NCBI GenBank assembly: GCA_049523455.1
Contig: JBEKMW010000003.1
Span: 3,736-67,735, forward strand
Reading direction: 5' to 3'
DNA from: Verrucomicrobiota bacterium
GTDB lineage: Bacteria > Verrucomicrobiota > Verrucomicrobiia > Limisphaerales > UBA11358
Length of the DNA stretch: 64,000 nt
Shown: piece after piece, positions 47,701-54,974 of the stretch
Layout: every line of letters starts with the position of its first letter
Numbering within the stretch: the stretch's first letter is position 1
Notes under the pieces: model-generated
The model's database searches: none
What the model was told of the DNA's origin: nothing
The model's input: the letters and a program-made list of their open reading frames with translations, nothing else
Translations under genes and position numbers: made by a program

Positions 47701-50032
47701 AGTTTGTCAAGTTCGCCAGGCCCCACCCTTCGTAGTTGATGCTGTTGGCCACCTGCAACCCGTATTCCCCCGTCGGCCGCGCCCCGTTGATCAACATCGC
47801 CTTCAGCAGCGCCGGGCTGGGCGTCAGCCGCAGCGTGTTGGTGAAATAATCCGCCATGTCCGCCAGCACGCCCGACACGTTCGCCGCCGACATGCTCGTC
47901 CCTGTCTCGTACCGGTAATACGGCCCGGCCCCCGTGCTCGCCGGATTCGGCGCGCCGATGCCCAGGTCCAGATTGCTCAACACCAATTCATAATTCCCCG
48001 GATTGTTCGTCGTCACCGTGTCTTCGATGATGTCGAACTCGATCGGCTGGGGCGTGCTGTTGCTGATGGCAAACGGGAATGCCGAAATGTAAGTCTGCTC
48101 GTCCACTAGAATCTGGCTCAACGTCGGATTGTCCGGCGGAATCGTAACCTCATTGGTGTACATGTTCTGCAAGGGCGTCCCGCCGAACCGCCACGTGTAA
48201 ATCGGCAGCGCCGGAAACGGCGTGGGCGAATTCGCGTCCGGCACCGCGTCAATCGTCACCTCCACCGTGTTCGTCGGTATCGTCGGAAAATCGTTCTCGC
48301 TCAGCGTGTTCCCCGGCACCTCCACCGTCAAATCCACCACGGCGTTGTTGGTGTCCGAGCTGGCGAAATACGAATTGATGTCCCACTGCTCCGAGCGCGT
48401 GGAGATGATAAACGTCCCCGGCGCCACCACGTCCGGCTTAAACCGCCCATTGACGCCCTCCGTGTTGATGCCCACGTTGCCGCGGCTCGAAAATCCCGCT
48501 ATCCGGTAGCCCGTGCTCGTCTCCGCCTGCCACGGCTCGCTCACCGTCCCCACGGCGTTGGTCACCTGGTTGGTGATGTTCCGGTCCTCCTGGATCGCCC
48601 CCACCGTGATCACGTTCTTGGCCGTGCCCGGCGAATCAACTGTGTCCGCCGTCCCCGCCCCCGGATCGCTCGAGTCATCGCCGTTCCCCTCGTCGCCCGC
48701 CGCAAACACAAACAACACCGGCTGCGACCCGGTCGTCAGCGGCAACGCGTCCCGCACCGCCGCGTCGTAGCTCGCCGCCGCCAAATCATACGCTTCGTCC
48801 CCGCCATAGACCCAACTGTTGTTCGATATCAGCGCGTTCGTCAGCGCCGGCGCCTCCTGCAAATACATGTCGCTGATCGGATTGGTGTCCCCGCCCCCGT
48901 ACACCCCGCCCACCGAATACAACGTCGCGTTCGGCGCCATGCCCCGAAACTGCCCGTTCGTCGCCGGCAATATCGAACCCTGCGCATTCGACACCGTCAT
49001 GGACTCAAACCCGTCCCCGGCGATGATGCCTGCCACGTGCGTGCCGTGGCCGTCGGTATCCACCAGGCTTTGCGCCGCATCGCCTATCACGCGGATCGGC
49101 GCGTTCCCCCACGTCTTAAAATCCGGATGCTTCGCGTCAATGCCCGAATCGTTCACCTCCACCAATACGTTTGACCCGGATAGCCCCATGTAGTTGCTTG
49201 TCGTCTGTGAATTCGGCGCCACCGACACCGTCGCGCGCGCCAAATCGTTCGCCGGCACGCGCCGGCTCGAGGGCTCCACTATGTGCAGATACGGCAAGTC
49301 CGCCACCGCCGTCCAATCCGCCGGCGGCAGCACGTTCAATATCGTCCCGTTTTGCGACGGCGTCTGCGACAACACCGTTCCGCCGCTCGCCTGTATCGCC
49401 GCCACCGCGTCTTGTCCCGTACCCGGAAACACCTCCACGTTTAGAGTCGCGCCGCTGGGCAACGGCTGGTTCATCCACGGCAGCAACGACGACGCCACCT
49501 TGTAATACGGCTCGTACGGCACCACCGCGAATCCCAGGCCTTGGATTCCCTCCGCCGCCGCCTGGTCCATCATCACCAGGTAGGCGTTGTTCGGTATGTA
49601 CGAAACCACCTGCCCGCCCGAGGACGCCAGCATCGCGCGGAACGTCGGGCTGATCGGCCCGTGGGCCTGCACGATGTAGGCCTTCGGATCGCCCTTGGCC
49701 CGCAATTTATCCGGTATGGCCAGGCCCAATCCCGCCCGCGTGTCAATCAACGCATTCGCCAGCAGGATGGCGTGCGGGTCGCGCCCCAGCTCGGCGAGCG
49801 TGCGGGTAGTGTTGCTCAGACGCCACAGCCGATTCGTCCGCGCTTCCACCGCCAGTGTCGCCGGCGTGTTGGTGGATAGAATTTTGAACGGCGCAATTTT
49901 CGCCGCCCCCGCCACCGGCCCGCCGCCCCCGGCGCGGTGCGTTTGCAACACCAATTGATGACGCGTGAAGAGCACGAAGCCCGCTGCCACCAGCAAGCCC
50001 AAAAGTATCCAAGTCCATCGGCGTGAGTTCAT
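38744..50032 (-). CDS. Giant (3762-aa) secreted/anchored multidomain protein with an S8 subtilase and multiple binding-type modules
   Basis: Domain order:
- N-terminal TM/signal RRWTWILLGLLVAAGFVLF.
- S8 triad VNDSGID (about 49150), HGTHVAG (about 49040), GTSMSAANVSG (about 47893).
- Convertase P-domain-like segments (LISPNGTRYLLMENEGG).
- Two LamG modules (DELSVYGRALSDAEI, MSVYNRTLSASEI).
- At least 5 PPC-like units ending (Y)(T/A)IEVNF or similar.
- Two cadherin-like units (PPVF.ATPPNQ).
- Seven RCC1-like blades (38999-39811).
- C-terminal FYRL module (38744-38998).
The ORF-track start at 50041 is TTG; the first ATG is at 50032. Confidence 0.9.
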   Translation of the reverse strand: MNSRRWTWILLGLLVAAGFVLFTRHQLVLQTHRAGGGGPVAGAAKIAPFKILSTNTPATLAVEARTNRLWRLSNTTRTLAELGRDPHAILLANALIDTRAGLGLAIPDKLRAKGDPKAYIVQAHGPISPTFRAMLASSGGQVVSYIPNNAYLVMMDQAAAEGIQGLGFAVVPYEPYYKVASSLLPWMNQPLPSGATLNVEVFPGTGQDAVAAIQASGGTVLSQTPSQNGTILNVLPPADWTAVADLPYLHIVEPSSRRVPANDLARATVSVAPNSQTTSNYMGLSGSNVLVEVNDSGIDAKHPDFKTWGNAPIRVIGDAAQSLVDTDGHGTHVAGIIAGDGFESMTVSNAQGSILPATNGQFRGMAPNATLYSVGGVYGGGDTNPISDMYLQEAPALTNALISNNSWVYGGDEAYDLAAASYDAAVRDALPLTTGSQPVLFVFAAGDEGNGDDSSDPGAGTADTVDSPGTAKNVITVGAIQEDRNITNQVTNAVGTVSEPWQAETSTGYRIAGFSSRGNVGINTEGVNGRFKPDVVAPGTFIISTRSEQWDINSYFASSDTNNAVVDLTVEVPGNTLSENDFPTIPTNTVEVTIDAVPDANSPTPFPALPIYTWRFGGTPLQNMYTNEVTIPPDNPTLSQILVDEQTYISAFPFAISNSTPQPIEFDIIEDTVTTNNPGNYELVLSNLDLGIGAPNPASTGAGPYYRYETGTSMSAANVSGVLADMADYFTNTLRLTPSPALLKAMLINGARPTGEYGLQVANSINYEGWGLANLTNSVPAGLTNQIGAGCSEFILDQNPTNALATGGSHTYLVNITSATAQTLLPLRVTLAWTDPPGDPAAAIKLVNNLDLVVTNYGANPPIVYYGNDISSGDFNNPHGTNDVVAYDYVNNVKNVYISQPVGTNYSITVLARDVNVNAVTANSNNVVQDFALVISSGEGEVTNAMTVADGGQLYNPTGDQDITYIVTTNAPLMDQFAGASTPLLGTNQADFAPGSPYAADAVDTLGMTNQWHFYVVTNSQLTTNGLSLSNAAFITFLPNTLSIPRIGVYQPNVDNATTPGADIDLYVTTDSNLLTLSPVTISNCINGTQIGASAGTPPVFNGASLSLSGTQFVVDTNSTHSQVYYIGVYSERQMAAEYDFLSVFTSTPFSEMNNGNQIVNGIPLPNNIPDGDLKNPGYAYTFGLALYPMEVGQVIVDDSIWHQNYGDLIGTLNHNGTSVVLNNHDDLGNPPGPYNLAYSDGGITNVQGAILSDGPGSLQSFFGSQGIGVWMMTEADTALTHTGYVAALTMTLVPYTPLTHGINVTVEPGSWVYTFQDVPVGYTNLTVVAEEYPPESSPPLQLYVNYGSDPTFADTNEEAWLTNDFPVSGGPVDFYTNYVSVGPPLAPGTYYVGIYNPSLVAANVHIYATLAFSQSAITNVDYEGGPTVIPDDAVSYSSILVANPSLIQSLSVGIAVADTRISDLVFQLISPNGTRYLLMENEGGMSTSGAGISIVETNITTVVTNYTVLVTNTVVVTNNFEGMMAADFAAGATIGGWTVTTNEVSVVTDPTNAYQGTNLLALANGGLSYTFPSTITNGAYTFTFAYRGPAIAAWWRAESNTVESINGNNGTISGEVGYSGGEVGEAFQFYGDNSGYVLVSNSPSLNVGAYGSGITLECWIKDAYVNAANGPMIEYSMASPSPIGDGPELWSGINLFSNLRDTSGNGHTITSPNGLFVTSRFQHAAVTYDKVSGAARLYVDGTMVASNNFGYFTPETAYPFVSIGQRISQTVALGETYQGLTDELSVYGRALSDAEIAAINNLGTRGKFDAGVFSNSPALSLAEASVNTNGRTVVINGNNTTWQTFTASGNLPTNGNNQLIITGTEPGMLLDSLIVSNFTVTVSNVFATLSVTNVTTNFLYLTFTENTNLTTTPIKFAPTPFVPSGAVSNVFFDGFETTAAGDYTNGQTFGNRWTVISNEVSVVTDPTNAYAGSNFLALASGVISNNLPTVAGQTYTLSFAYRGPGIVGWWRGESNTLDSSGFNNNGTMYNGGSYTNGEVGSAFSLLGTDMYVGAPGNSTLNVGTGPGMTIEGWINPSVLNTERFGLEWDNGSAYGPHLNISTGPGTGPYGTGAGCLYANYIDTGGGDHWLSSAANLVQAGSYQHVATTYNQYLVQGKLYYNGAAIVPVNYYNWSGKFTPQTTPGYNVNIGWRVVNASEPSQWNGLDEMSVYNRTLSASEIKAIYQKGGEGKFDHALFASSPALSLSEAGISLNGGTPAVINGNNMTWQVYTTTFTATQSGTPLEITGLEPGMLLDNFTVTSVANNLYYQPDQDISSLDNTSAQGLWQLEIQDDRVGATNPPPELLSWQLQFTFANTNLTSLPILNPGQPTSGTVAGTTGGDPISWYQVNVPAGAAAAFNLLLSASGSVNLVYSTNNPPTTGFPGDALLIGSATNGVSTLTPTNYPPLVPAGVYYLGVQNTNGPSVNYTIEVNFASSLQPAPISGGQPVTNTINGGTNSFTGGDMDYYAITVPPNADFATNLLLFATGPVNVWFNQATLPAGGHPPDDALFSSSTGGAVVLSTNGTPPLVPGQTYYLAVQNTNAANVTYAIEVNFHLVLPPSNGVAWIQVNVPTNADWATNDLISATAPVDLWWTTNTPPTTNNNAVLLLPDATYPTGTNGLYVLGTNTTPAFIVPGGSYWLGVETNGLTTYNVQVYFHLVPPPPPVTNGIAWTTIAVPTNADLATNFLISSTAPVDLWWSTNVPPTTNGTAVLLLPDGTYPTGTNGFVVLGTNPPPPFIVPGGTYYLGVQTNGITTYNIAVKFHLVPPPPPTNLVAIVYTNIAGKIGYLLSWYGPTNDLFQVQWAGSLAPPVAWNAFTNVITYTTYLTPNNSLFQFFDDGSQTGGFGLTRFYRLEVLGVFTNSPPVFLATPPNQNVYALSTVAITNAATNPDLPNPLTYALIAPPAGMSISSNGVILWMPTLAQTNHVYTITTVVTDTNPYVQVNQSLSATNSFSLTVLPPYTLGTGQTQSSRPQTNSLTPGGLTWYEVSVPVNADYATNILLYANPQPVNVWFSTNLPPSISNPGDLTLLSSTTGGQAVIATNNGTPLLPAGATYWLGVQNTGSATVNYAIAVNFHLVIPPPPIDTLYITNTVIGGKPGFLLSWYGATNDLFQLQWAASLTPPVAWNAFSNIIAYTTYITPSNSLFQFFDDGSQTGGFGSARLYRLELLGLATNLPPVFVATPPNQTIFALSALTVTNNATDVYSPPQVLTYTLPGAPAGMTISPAGVITWTPTAAQESTTNLITTVVFNNGLPPLGATNTFQVIVLPIPGPAAFTAPATWVTGTNAELNGFASPNGTPSLAWFQWGPNPLFTNQTAPVNVGNGYGVVWVTNTIANLLDGHGYYFRLVVSNAVGAAYGADQEFSDGSIVGWGDNSSEQLITPAGLTNLVAIAAGEYHTLALNHDGTVAVWGDDSYEQTNIPPGLSNVVAVSAGVYYSLALAGDGTVVGWGDNTFGQLNVPTGLSNVVAIAAGYDHSVALQSNGTVTVWGDNTYGQTNIPPGLGNVVTIAAGWSHTLAVENNGTVVAWGYGFDGETNVPANLTNAVAVAGGAEDSLALRSDGTVKAWGDDFFGETSIPAGLNSVQAIAAGDYHNLALRSDGTVIAWGDGTGGDTNVPSGLSNVVMVAGGGYFGLALQAAVTTPLVIPNLKNVTWANNSITLQWTAPTYESFQVQWTPALPATSWTTVPGLITSATGVFQFVDNGSLTAPLGTKRFYRLIVQ

Positions 50033-50103
50033 AGGAATCAAGGGTTAATGTTTCATAATTCAACCGCTAACAAAAGTAAAGCCAAACCGCCCAAATCCTC
50101 GCC

Positions 50104-50184
50104 TAAAAAACTATTTAAACCGCGAAATACGCAAAATACGCGAAAGAAAACGCTTTTTTCGCGTGGTTGGCGTATTTCGCGGTT
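50104..50184 (-). terminator. Long hairpin with T-tract between the pseudopilin operon and the giant gene (terminator/attenuator candidate)
   Basis: Perfect 15-bp arms AACCGCGAAATACGC (50118-50132) and GCGTATTTCGCGGTT (50170-50184). On the minus strand these are followed by TAAATAGTTTTTTAGG. It may equally be a dispersed repeat. Confidence 0.35.
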
Positions 50185-50390
50185 CTCTCCACTCCCTATA
50201 TTGGGCAGTCGCGAGACGACGGCGCGCACGGACCCCGACATCCGATGTCGGGGGGGGTGACGCGCCCTACCGAACGCGACCACCGGACTTCTCCGGGACG
50301 CGCGAAGCGTTTGGACTGCGGCGCGTTCACCGCCGCTTTCGCCACCCAAGTTCCGTGTTCCATCTTCCATCTTCGGTCTTCCGTTTCCGG

Positions 50391-50415
50391 CGCGCGGCCT
50401 TCAGGCCGCTTCAAC
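50391..50415 (-). repeat. Hairpin box copy 2
   Basis: Exact 20-nt core, about 360 nt upstream of the giant-gene ATG, in the same orientation. Confidence 0.9.
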
Positions 50416-50529
50416 GCCCGTACGTTTCGACGCGCGGATCCGCCTGATACCCGTCCGCCACCCAAATTCCATCCCCCATCTTCCATCATCTGCCTCCTCC
50501 TCCGCTCTCCGCTCTCCTCTCTCCCTTCC

Positions 50530-53500
50530 TCAATCCGGCGGCAGCGGCGTCGCGCTCTCCACCACCACGTGCGGGTTGGCCGTCCCCGCGCCGTCCACCC
50601 GCAGCACCACCCGCTGCGCACTCTCCGCCACCACCTCGTAATTCGTGCACATCCCGAAATAGGCTGTGCTCGTCACCAGCGAATTGTCCGCCGGCTTCAG
50701 CGCCTGGCCATAACAATAAACCACGTACCGCGGCGTCCCCACCCGCACCAGCCCCATCACCTGCTGCGGCAGCCATTCATACATCTCATCGCTGATCCCC
50801 TGCTGCTGTTGCGCCGTGTCATTCTGCCCGTTGTTTTGCCAATGCAAGAATGGCGACGCCACCGTCAGTTGCGGCACCGACAGCAGGTATCCCGGATGCT
50901 CGAAAACCCCTCTGGTTCCATCCGGATTCGTAAAATTGGTGCGGATGTTGTAAATGCCCTCCACGAGCTGGCCCAGCGGTGAATAGGCGCCCGCCGGCCC
51001 CGCCGGCGAAATCGGATAGGCGGTATAATTTGTCATGGTGCTGGCGGTCTGGCCTGACACGGCGTTGTCCGGCGCATCATTGGAAAGCACCATCACGCCG
51101 CTGAACAGCGCCGACCACGCCGCCAGGCTCCCCAGCGGATCGGGATTGTCCGCGCCCACGTTCACCGAAAGCTGGCCCCGCGTCGCGTCGTCGTCTATCG
51201 TCGAGCTGAATAAATCGAACAGCAGCCAGTCCTTCTTCGGCGCCGAATTCACCGCGTCATACGCATTCTCATCGCTCGTCCAGTTCACCCACAGGTTCGT
51301 GCCAATCAGTCCATTGCCGCCGATCACATCCGACGATTTCAGATAAACCGTCTGCCACGGCGTGCCCCGGTGGACCCGGCCCAGCCAACCAACCGTCGGG
51401 AACTTGTTCGTCGGAAAATTCCAGTCATCCGAACAAGTCACTAGCGGATCTTTCACCTGAAGATTGTATTGATTAATGTCTGCGCCAAAGGCTGGATTGC
51501 CGCCCCACGGCGTGTAACGCTGATTCAGCAGGCCCAAATTGCCCGGGAAATGCAATTGCAGAAAATCACCGGTGCCATTGGTGTAAAGCAAATCGCTCGG
51601 CGTATAATGCACCAGCGGATCGTTCGCCTGCCAATCAATGTCCTGCACCACCAGCGCCGACGGCGTATACGGCATCTGCATCTGGTTGGTCGTCGCGTAG
51701 ATGCCGACTTGGCCGGGATGTGGTACATAGCCCTGAAAAGTGAGGTCGGCAGCGCCTACTCCATTCAGGAAGGCGGCAAAGTCGTTCAACTGATCATAGA
51801 CCATTTGCTCCGTTTGGTTGCCCCAGTCGCTGGCAATGTAACCGGCCTGGCCCGACGAAACGATGAATTGATTTCGCATTCCCGTAGGCATCGCGTGACC
51901 GACCGGAACGTTCGTATCCCATTGATCATCGTAATAAGGATGAACCAGTGTGTCGTATCCCGCCTGAATTTCCGCAGTCAGGTCCCGTATGCTGTAGGGG
52001 CCCCCCAATTGCACGTAGTCAATCACGTGATACGGACCACCCGTAGCATCCGGGCTGGGGTCCAGCATGACCAGTCTCACATTGTTCGTCATCACCAATC
52101 CCCAGTGCGGGCTTGGATACGGCCCAAATCCCGCCAGCGCGATGTTCGTTTCATACGGCAAATTTAAATCCGTGCTCAGGTACGGACCCACATATCCCGG
52201 AAGCTCCGCGTCAGGTGGGGTATTAAAGCGGTACGTGGCGGGCGGGATGGCGCCAAAATTCGTCGGAAAGGCTCCAAAGCCAAATGCATCGGGAAAATTG
52301 GTAATGAATGAATACGGCGCCATGAGTGGGTTGCCGGCCGGATTGTATCCCGGCCAATAATTCCCGGAGTTCGGGTTGAGCGGCGTGGCCACTGTGTTGG
52401 TCATCCCGGTACTCGCACTGAATCCCAAATTATTGGTCAGCGTCATCGTCAGGGCATCGGTAATATAGACGGTGAGCGAATCGGTAAAATTGGACCGGTA
52501 CGAATTCCAGCATTCCATCCCAAACGAGTTCGTCAGCATCATGTCGTACATCGGATAAAAGCTGAAGTCGTTGGGATTGTTGTTGTAGAGGGCATTGGTG
52601 CTGGTGCGGGTCACCAACATCGTGCGCTCTAGCTGGTAGGCGCTCTCCATGAAAAATTCGTTGAAGTTCGGAAATCCCTTCTTGGCCCCGATGATCCACG
52701 GCACCCCATAGACATTTACCCCCGCGTTGAGAATCTGGCCGCCCTGGTTGGCCAAATCCCAAACATTCACCGGCGTGGAAAGCCGCAAATCGCCCGGTCC
52801 TGAGACGTTCGTTACCTCCACGTAGCCGCTGATGAAGAGATCGGCGCCATATCCGTTTGTGTCGCGCGAAAACAGCGGCCGGAAAACGTGCGGGTAATAA
52901 TAGTTCGTCGTTGCGTCATACATGTTGGCGGCGAGCTGCAAGAGCCGGTTCACCGCCGGCGTATAGCAAAACTGTCCGTTCACCCACACCGGTATGTTCG
53001 TCACCCCAAACGCCGGCACCTGGTTGGTCAACCCCAGAAACGGCAGCGTCAGCCCCACGCCCGTGGGCGAATTCGATATGTAATTTCCCTGTGCATCAAT
53101 ATACGAAAAATAATTCGTCTGGAGGCCGTAATAGGTCGCCAGGTAATTGGACGGATCTCTGTAAATCAGGCTCGTCACCGTCGAGTAATTGGTGAAATAG
53201 TCGGACGACAGCCCCTGGAACCAGTTGCTCGTGTACAGCCGCAGCATCCCGTTGGCCGCCGCCGAAAAGAAATCTATCGGCCTCCAGGGGGCAAAGTTCG
53301 TTTCCGCGTTCGGAACAATGGTAAAGCTCGTCGGCGACGGCAACGCAGTAAATATCCCCGCACCCGAGGAACTGGGAACCGCATACGTGACCACGGCGTT
53401 GGAATAATTCACGTTCAGCTTGCCCGCCTCCGGCGTCGTGTCCGAGCCCAGCTCGTCAGCCAATCGCGAGAACGTATAACGGTCATACGTGGCCACCGTG

Positions 53501-54843
53501 TTGCTCCCCGTGGCCAGCAGCCGTTCAACAAAACCTGGATAACTCACACCGACCTCGGTCTTCATCGGATCATACATATCCGAAGGCTGGCTGAAAAACC
53601 GGTTGGTGTTGTACGCGCCCACCCACGGCGCCCGCTGGATATACAAACGGTTGAAGGTGTTGTTCACGGGTATCTGAAAACCCTCCATCATCGGAACGCC
53701 GTACGTGAAAATGTCAATCCCGCTCCCTTGATACGCCGGCACCACCGTCAGCGGAAAAATGTCCTGCATCGAGCTGAGCGAATCAAAATTATTGTTATAC
53801 CGATACGCCAGCAGCGCCCGCGCATCGTTAAACGCCACTCCTTGATTGGCTTCCTCCGCCCAGGTGCCGAAAGGCGCCGTGTTGTACTGATAATAATTCG
53901 CCGCCATCGGCGGTTCGCCGCCCGAACCGACCTCTTCCCCCCATTGGTTCGTGTTTAAATCCGCCAGAAATGCCGCCAGGTTCAACTCCCACGTCCCCAC
54001 CCCCTCATTGCGCACGTAACTATCCCCGGGCCCCGGATTCACCGCCGCATTGCCCGGCGGAGGCACCGTCGGCAGCCCGCGTTGCGCCTGGTTATGAATG
54101 TAATTCACGTCCAGCGTGTTCCCCGCCGGCACGGCAAAAAAGGCGTAGCGCGACACGAACTTGTTGTTCGGCCCATGCGTCGTGTCCGGCCGCTCCAGCA
54201 TGCCCACCCACTCCGGGTCACCCACCGCAAAATTGGTGATTTCATTGCCGGAACTGTCCAGAATCGGCTTTCCCGTGTTGTCCACACTCACCACCCAGCC
54301 GTTGGCGTCGGGTTGGCCATTGCGGTTCAGGTCCAGGTAATAGCGGTTCTCATTGGTGTGATAGACCAGGTTGGTCAAATAGACCGGCACGCGCGGAGCG
54401 TAAAAGAGGTTGGCCACCGCCTGAATGAAGTCGTTCATCGAGAGCGGACCGCTGCCATTGGCATAATAATTGAAGTTCACGTTGGCCGGATTTGCCAGGC
54501 CCGAAACAAATCCGTTCGCGTTGATGTAATTGGTGGACACCAGCAGCCCAAAGTTCCACGCCCCGGCGTTGGTCGCTGTCGGTATGATGTCGTTGGTGGG
54601 ATTGGCGATGTTGGCGATGATCTGCGCCTCCGCGGCCGACAGCGCGCTGTCCGCCGCCAGCCGGGCCGTTATCGCGTCCGTGTCCGTCGTCACCGCGTTC
54701 CGTTCCCGCTGGCTCAGCGCCAGAAACGCCACCGCCATGAGCAGGGTCACGGACAACAAAATCAGAGTAATAATCAGCGCCACGCCTTCGGAATGACGCC
54801 CGCTGCTCGCCCGCAACGCGCGGCCTTCAGGCCGCTTCAACAT
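50530..54843 (-). CDS. Giant GspK-like minor pseudopilin candidate (1437 aa)
   Basis: N-terminus MLKRPEGRALRASSGRHSEG-VALIITLILLSVTLLMAVAFLALSQRERNA is a GspK-style pilin-like helix without Glu5. An EAGKLNVNYSN motif resembles the GspK GK(L/I)N(L/V)N box. It is the last gene of the pseudopilin series. The longest ORF starts at 54978, where its ATG overlaps the upstream stop as ATGA. Confidence 0.6.
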   Translation of the reverse strand: MLKRPEGRALRASSGRHSEGVALIITLILLSVTLLMAVAFLALSQRERNAVTTDTDAITARLAADSALSAAEAQIIANIANPTNDIIPTATNAGAWNFGLLVSTNYINANGFVSGLANPANVNFNYYANGSGPLSMNDFIQAVANLFYAPRVPVYLTNLVYHTNENRYYLDLNRNGQPDANGWVVSVDNTGKPILDSSGNEITNFAVGDPEWVGMLERPDTTHGPNNKFVSRYAFFAVPAGNTLDVNYIHNQAQRGLPTVPPPGNAAVNPGPGDSYVRNEGVGTWELNLAAFLADLNTNQWGEEVGSGGEPPMAANYYQYNTAPFGTWAEEANQGVAFNDARALLAYRYNNNFDSLSSMQDIFPLTVVPAYQGSGIDIFTYGVPMMEGFQIPVNNTFNRLYIQRAPWVGAYNTNRFFSQPSDMYDPMKTEVGVSYPGFVERLLATGSNTVATYDRYTFSRLADELGSDTTPEAGKLNVNYSNAVVTYAVPSSSGAGIFTALPSPTSFTIVPNAETNFAPWRPIDFFSAAANGMLRLYTSNWFQGLSSDYFTNYSTVTSLIYRDPSNYLATYYGLQTNYFSYIDAQGNYISNSPTGVGLTLPFLGLTNQVPAFGVTNIPVWVNGQFCYTPAVNRLLQLAANMYDATTNYYYPHVFRPLFSRDTNGYGADLFISGYVEVTNVSGPGDLRLSTPVNVWDLANQGGQILNAGVNVYGVPWIIGAKKGFPNFNEFFMESAYQLERTMLVTRTSTNALYNNNPNDFSFYPMYDMMLTNSFGMECWNSYRSNFTDSLTVYITDALTMTLTNNLGFSASTGMTNTVATPLNPNSGNYWPGYNPAGNPLMAPYSFITNFPDAFGFGAFPTNFGAIPPATYRFNTPPDAELPGYVGPYLSTDLNLPYETNIALAGFGPYPSPHWGLVMTNNVRLVMLDPSPDATGGPYHVIDYVQLGGPYSIRDLTAEIQAGYDTLVHPYYDDQWDTNVPVGHAMPTGMRNQFIVSSGQAGYIASDWGNQTEQMVYDQLNDFAAFLNGVGAADLTFQGYVPHPGQVGIYATTNQMQMPYTPSALVVQDIDWQANDPLVHYTPSDLLYTNGTGDFLQLHFPGNLGLLNQRYTPWGGNPAFGADINQYNLQVKDPLVTCSDDWNFPTNKFPTVGWLGRVHRGTPWQTVYLKSSDVIGGNGLIGTNLWVNWTSDENAYDAVNSAPKKDWLLFDLFSSTIDDDATRGQLSVNVGADNPDPLGSLAAWSALFSGVMVLSNDAPDNAVSGQTASTMTNYTAYPISPAGPAGAYSPLGQLVEGIYNIRTNFTNPDGTRGVFEHPGYLLSVPQLTVASPFLHWQNNGQNDTAQQQQGISDEMYEWLPQQVMGLVRVGTPRYVVYCYGQALKPADNSLVTSTAYFGMCTNYEVVAESAQRVVLRVDGAGTANPHVVVESATPLPPD
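54817..54840 (-). repeat. Hairpin box copy 3
   Basis: Exact 20-nt core immediately after the ATG at 54843 of the GspK-like gene (ATG TTG AAG CGG CCT GAA GGC CGC). Confidence 0.9.
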
Positions 54844-54974
54844 CGGGCCGGCAAGCGGTAAAACACTTGATTTACGGGCTTGCGAACCTCGAAGCGGCAT
54901 AAATGCCGCGCCCCGCCGCCCGATCGGCGGCGCGCCATTCGTCATTCGTAATTCGTCATTCGTAATTCGAAATT

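Noticed and set aside
39131-48109. Series of 290-675-aa plus-strand ORFs (39131-40576, 42245-43324, 43328-44941, 45146-46021, 46082-48109)
   Set aside because: All are antisense to the giant minus-strand gene, whose product has clear domain signatures. The antisense products are Arg/His/Gly-rich and repetitive only because the sense gene is repetitive.
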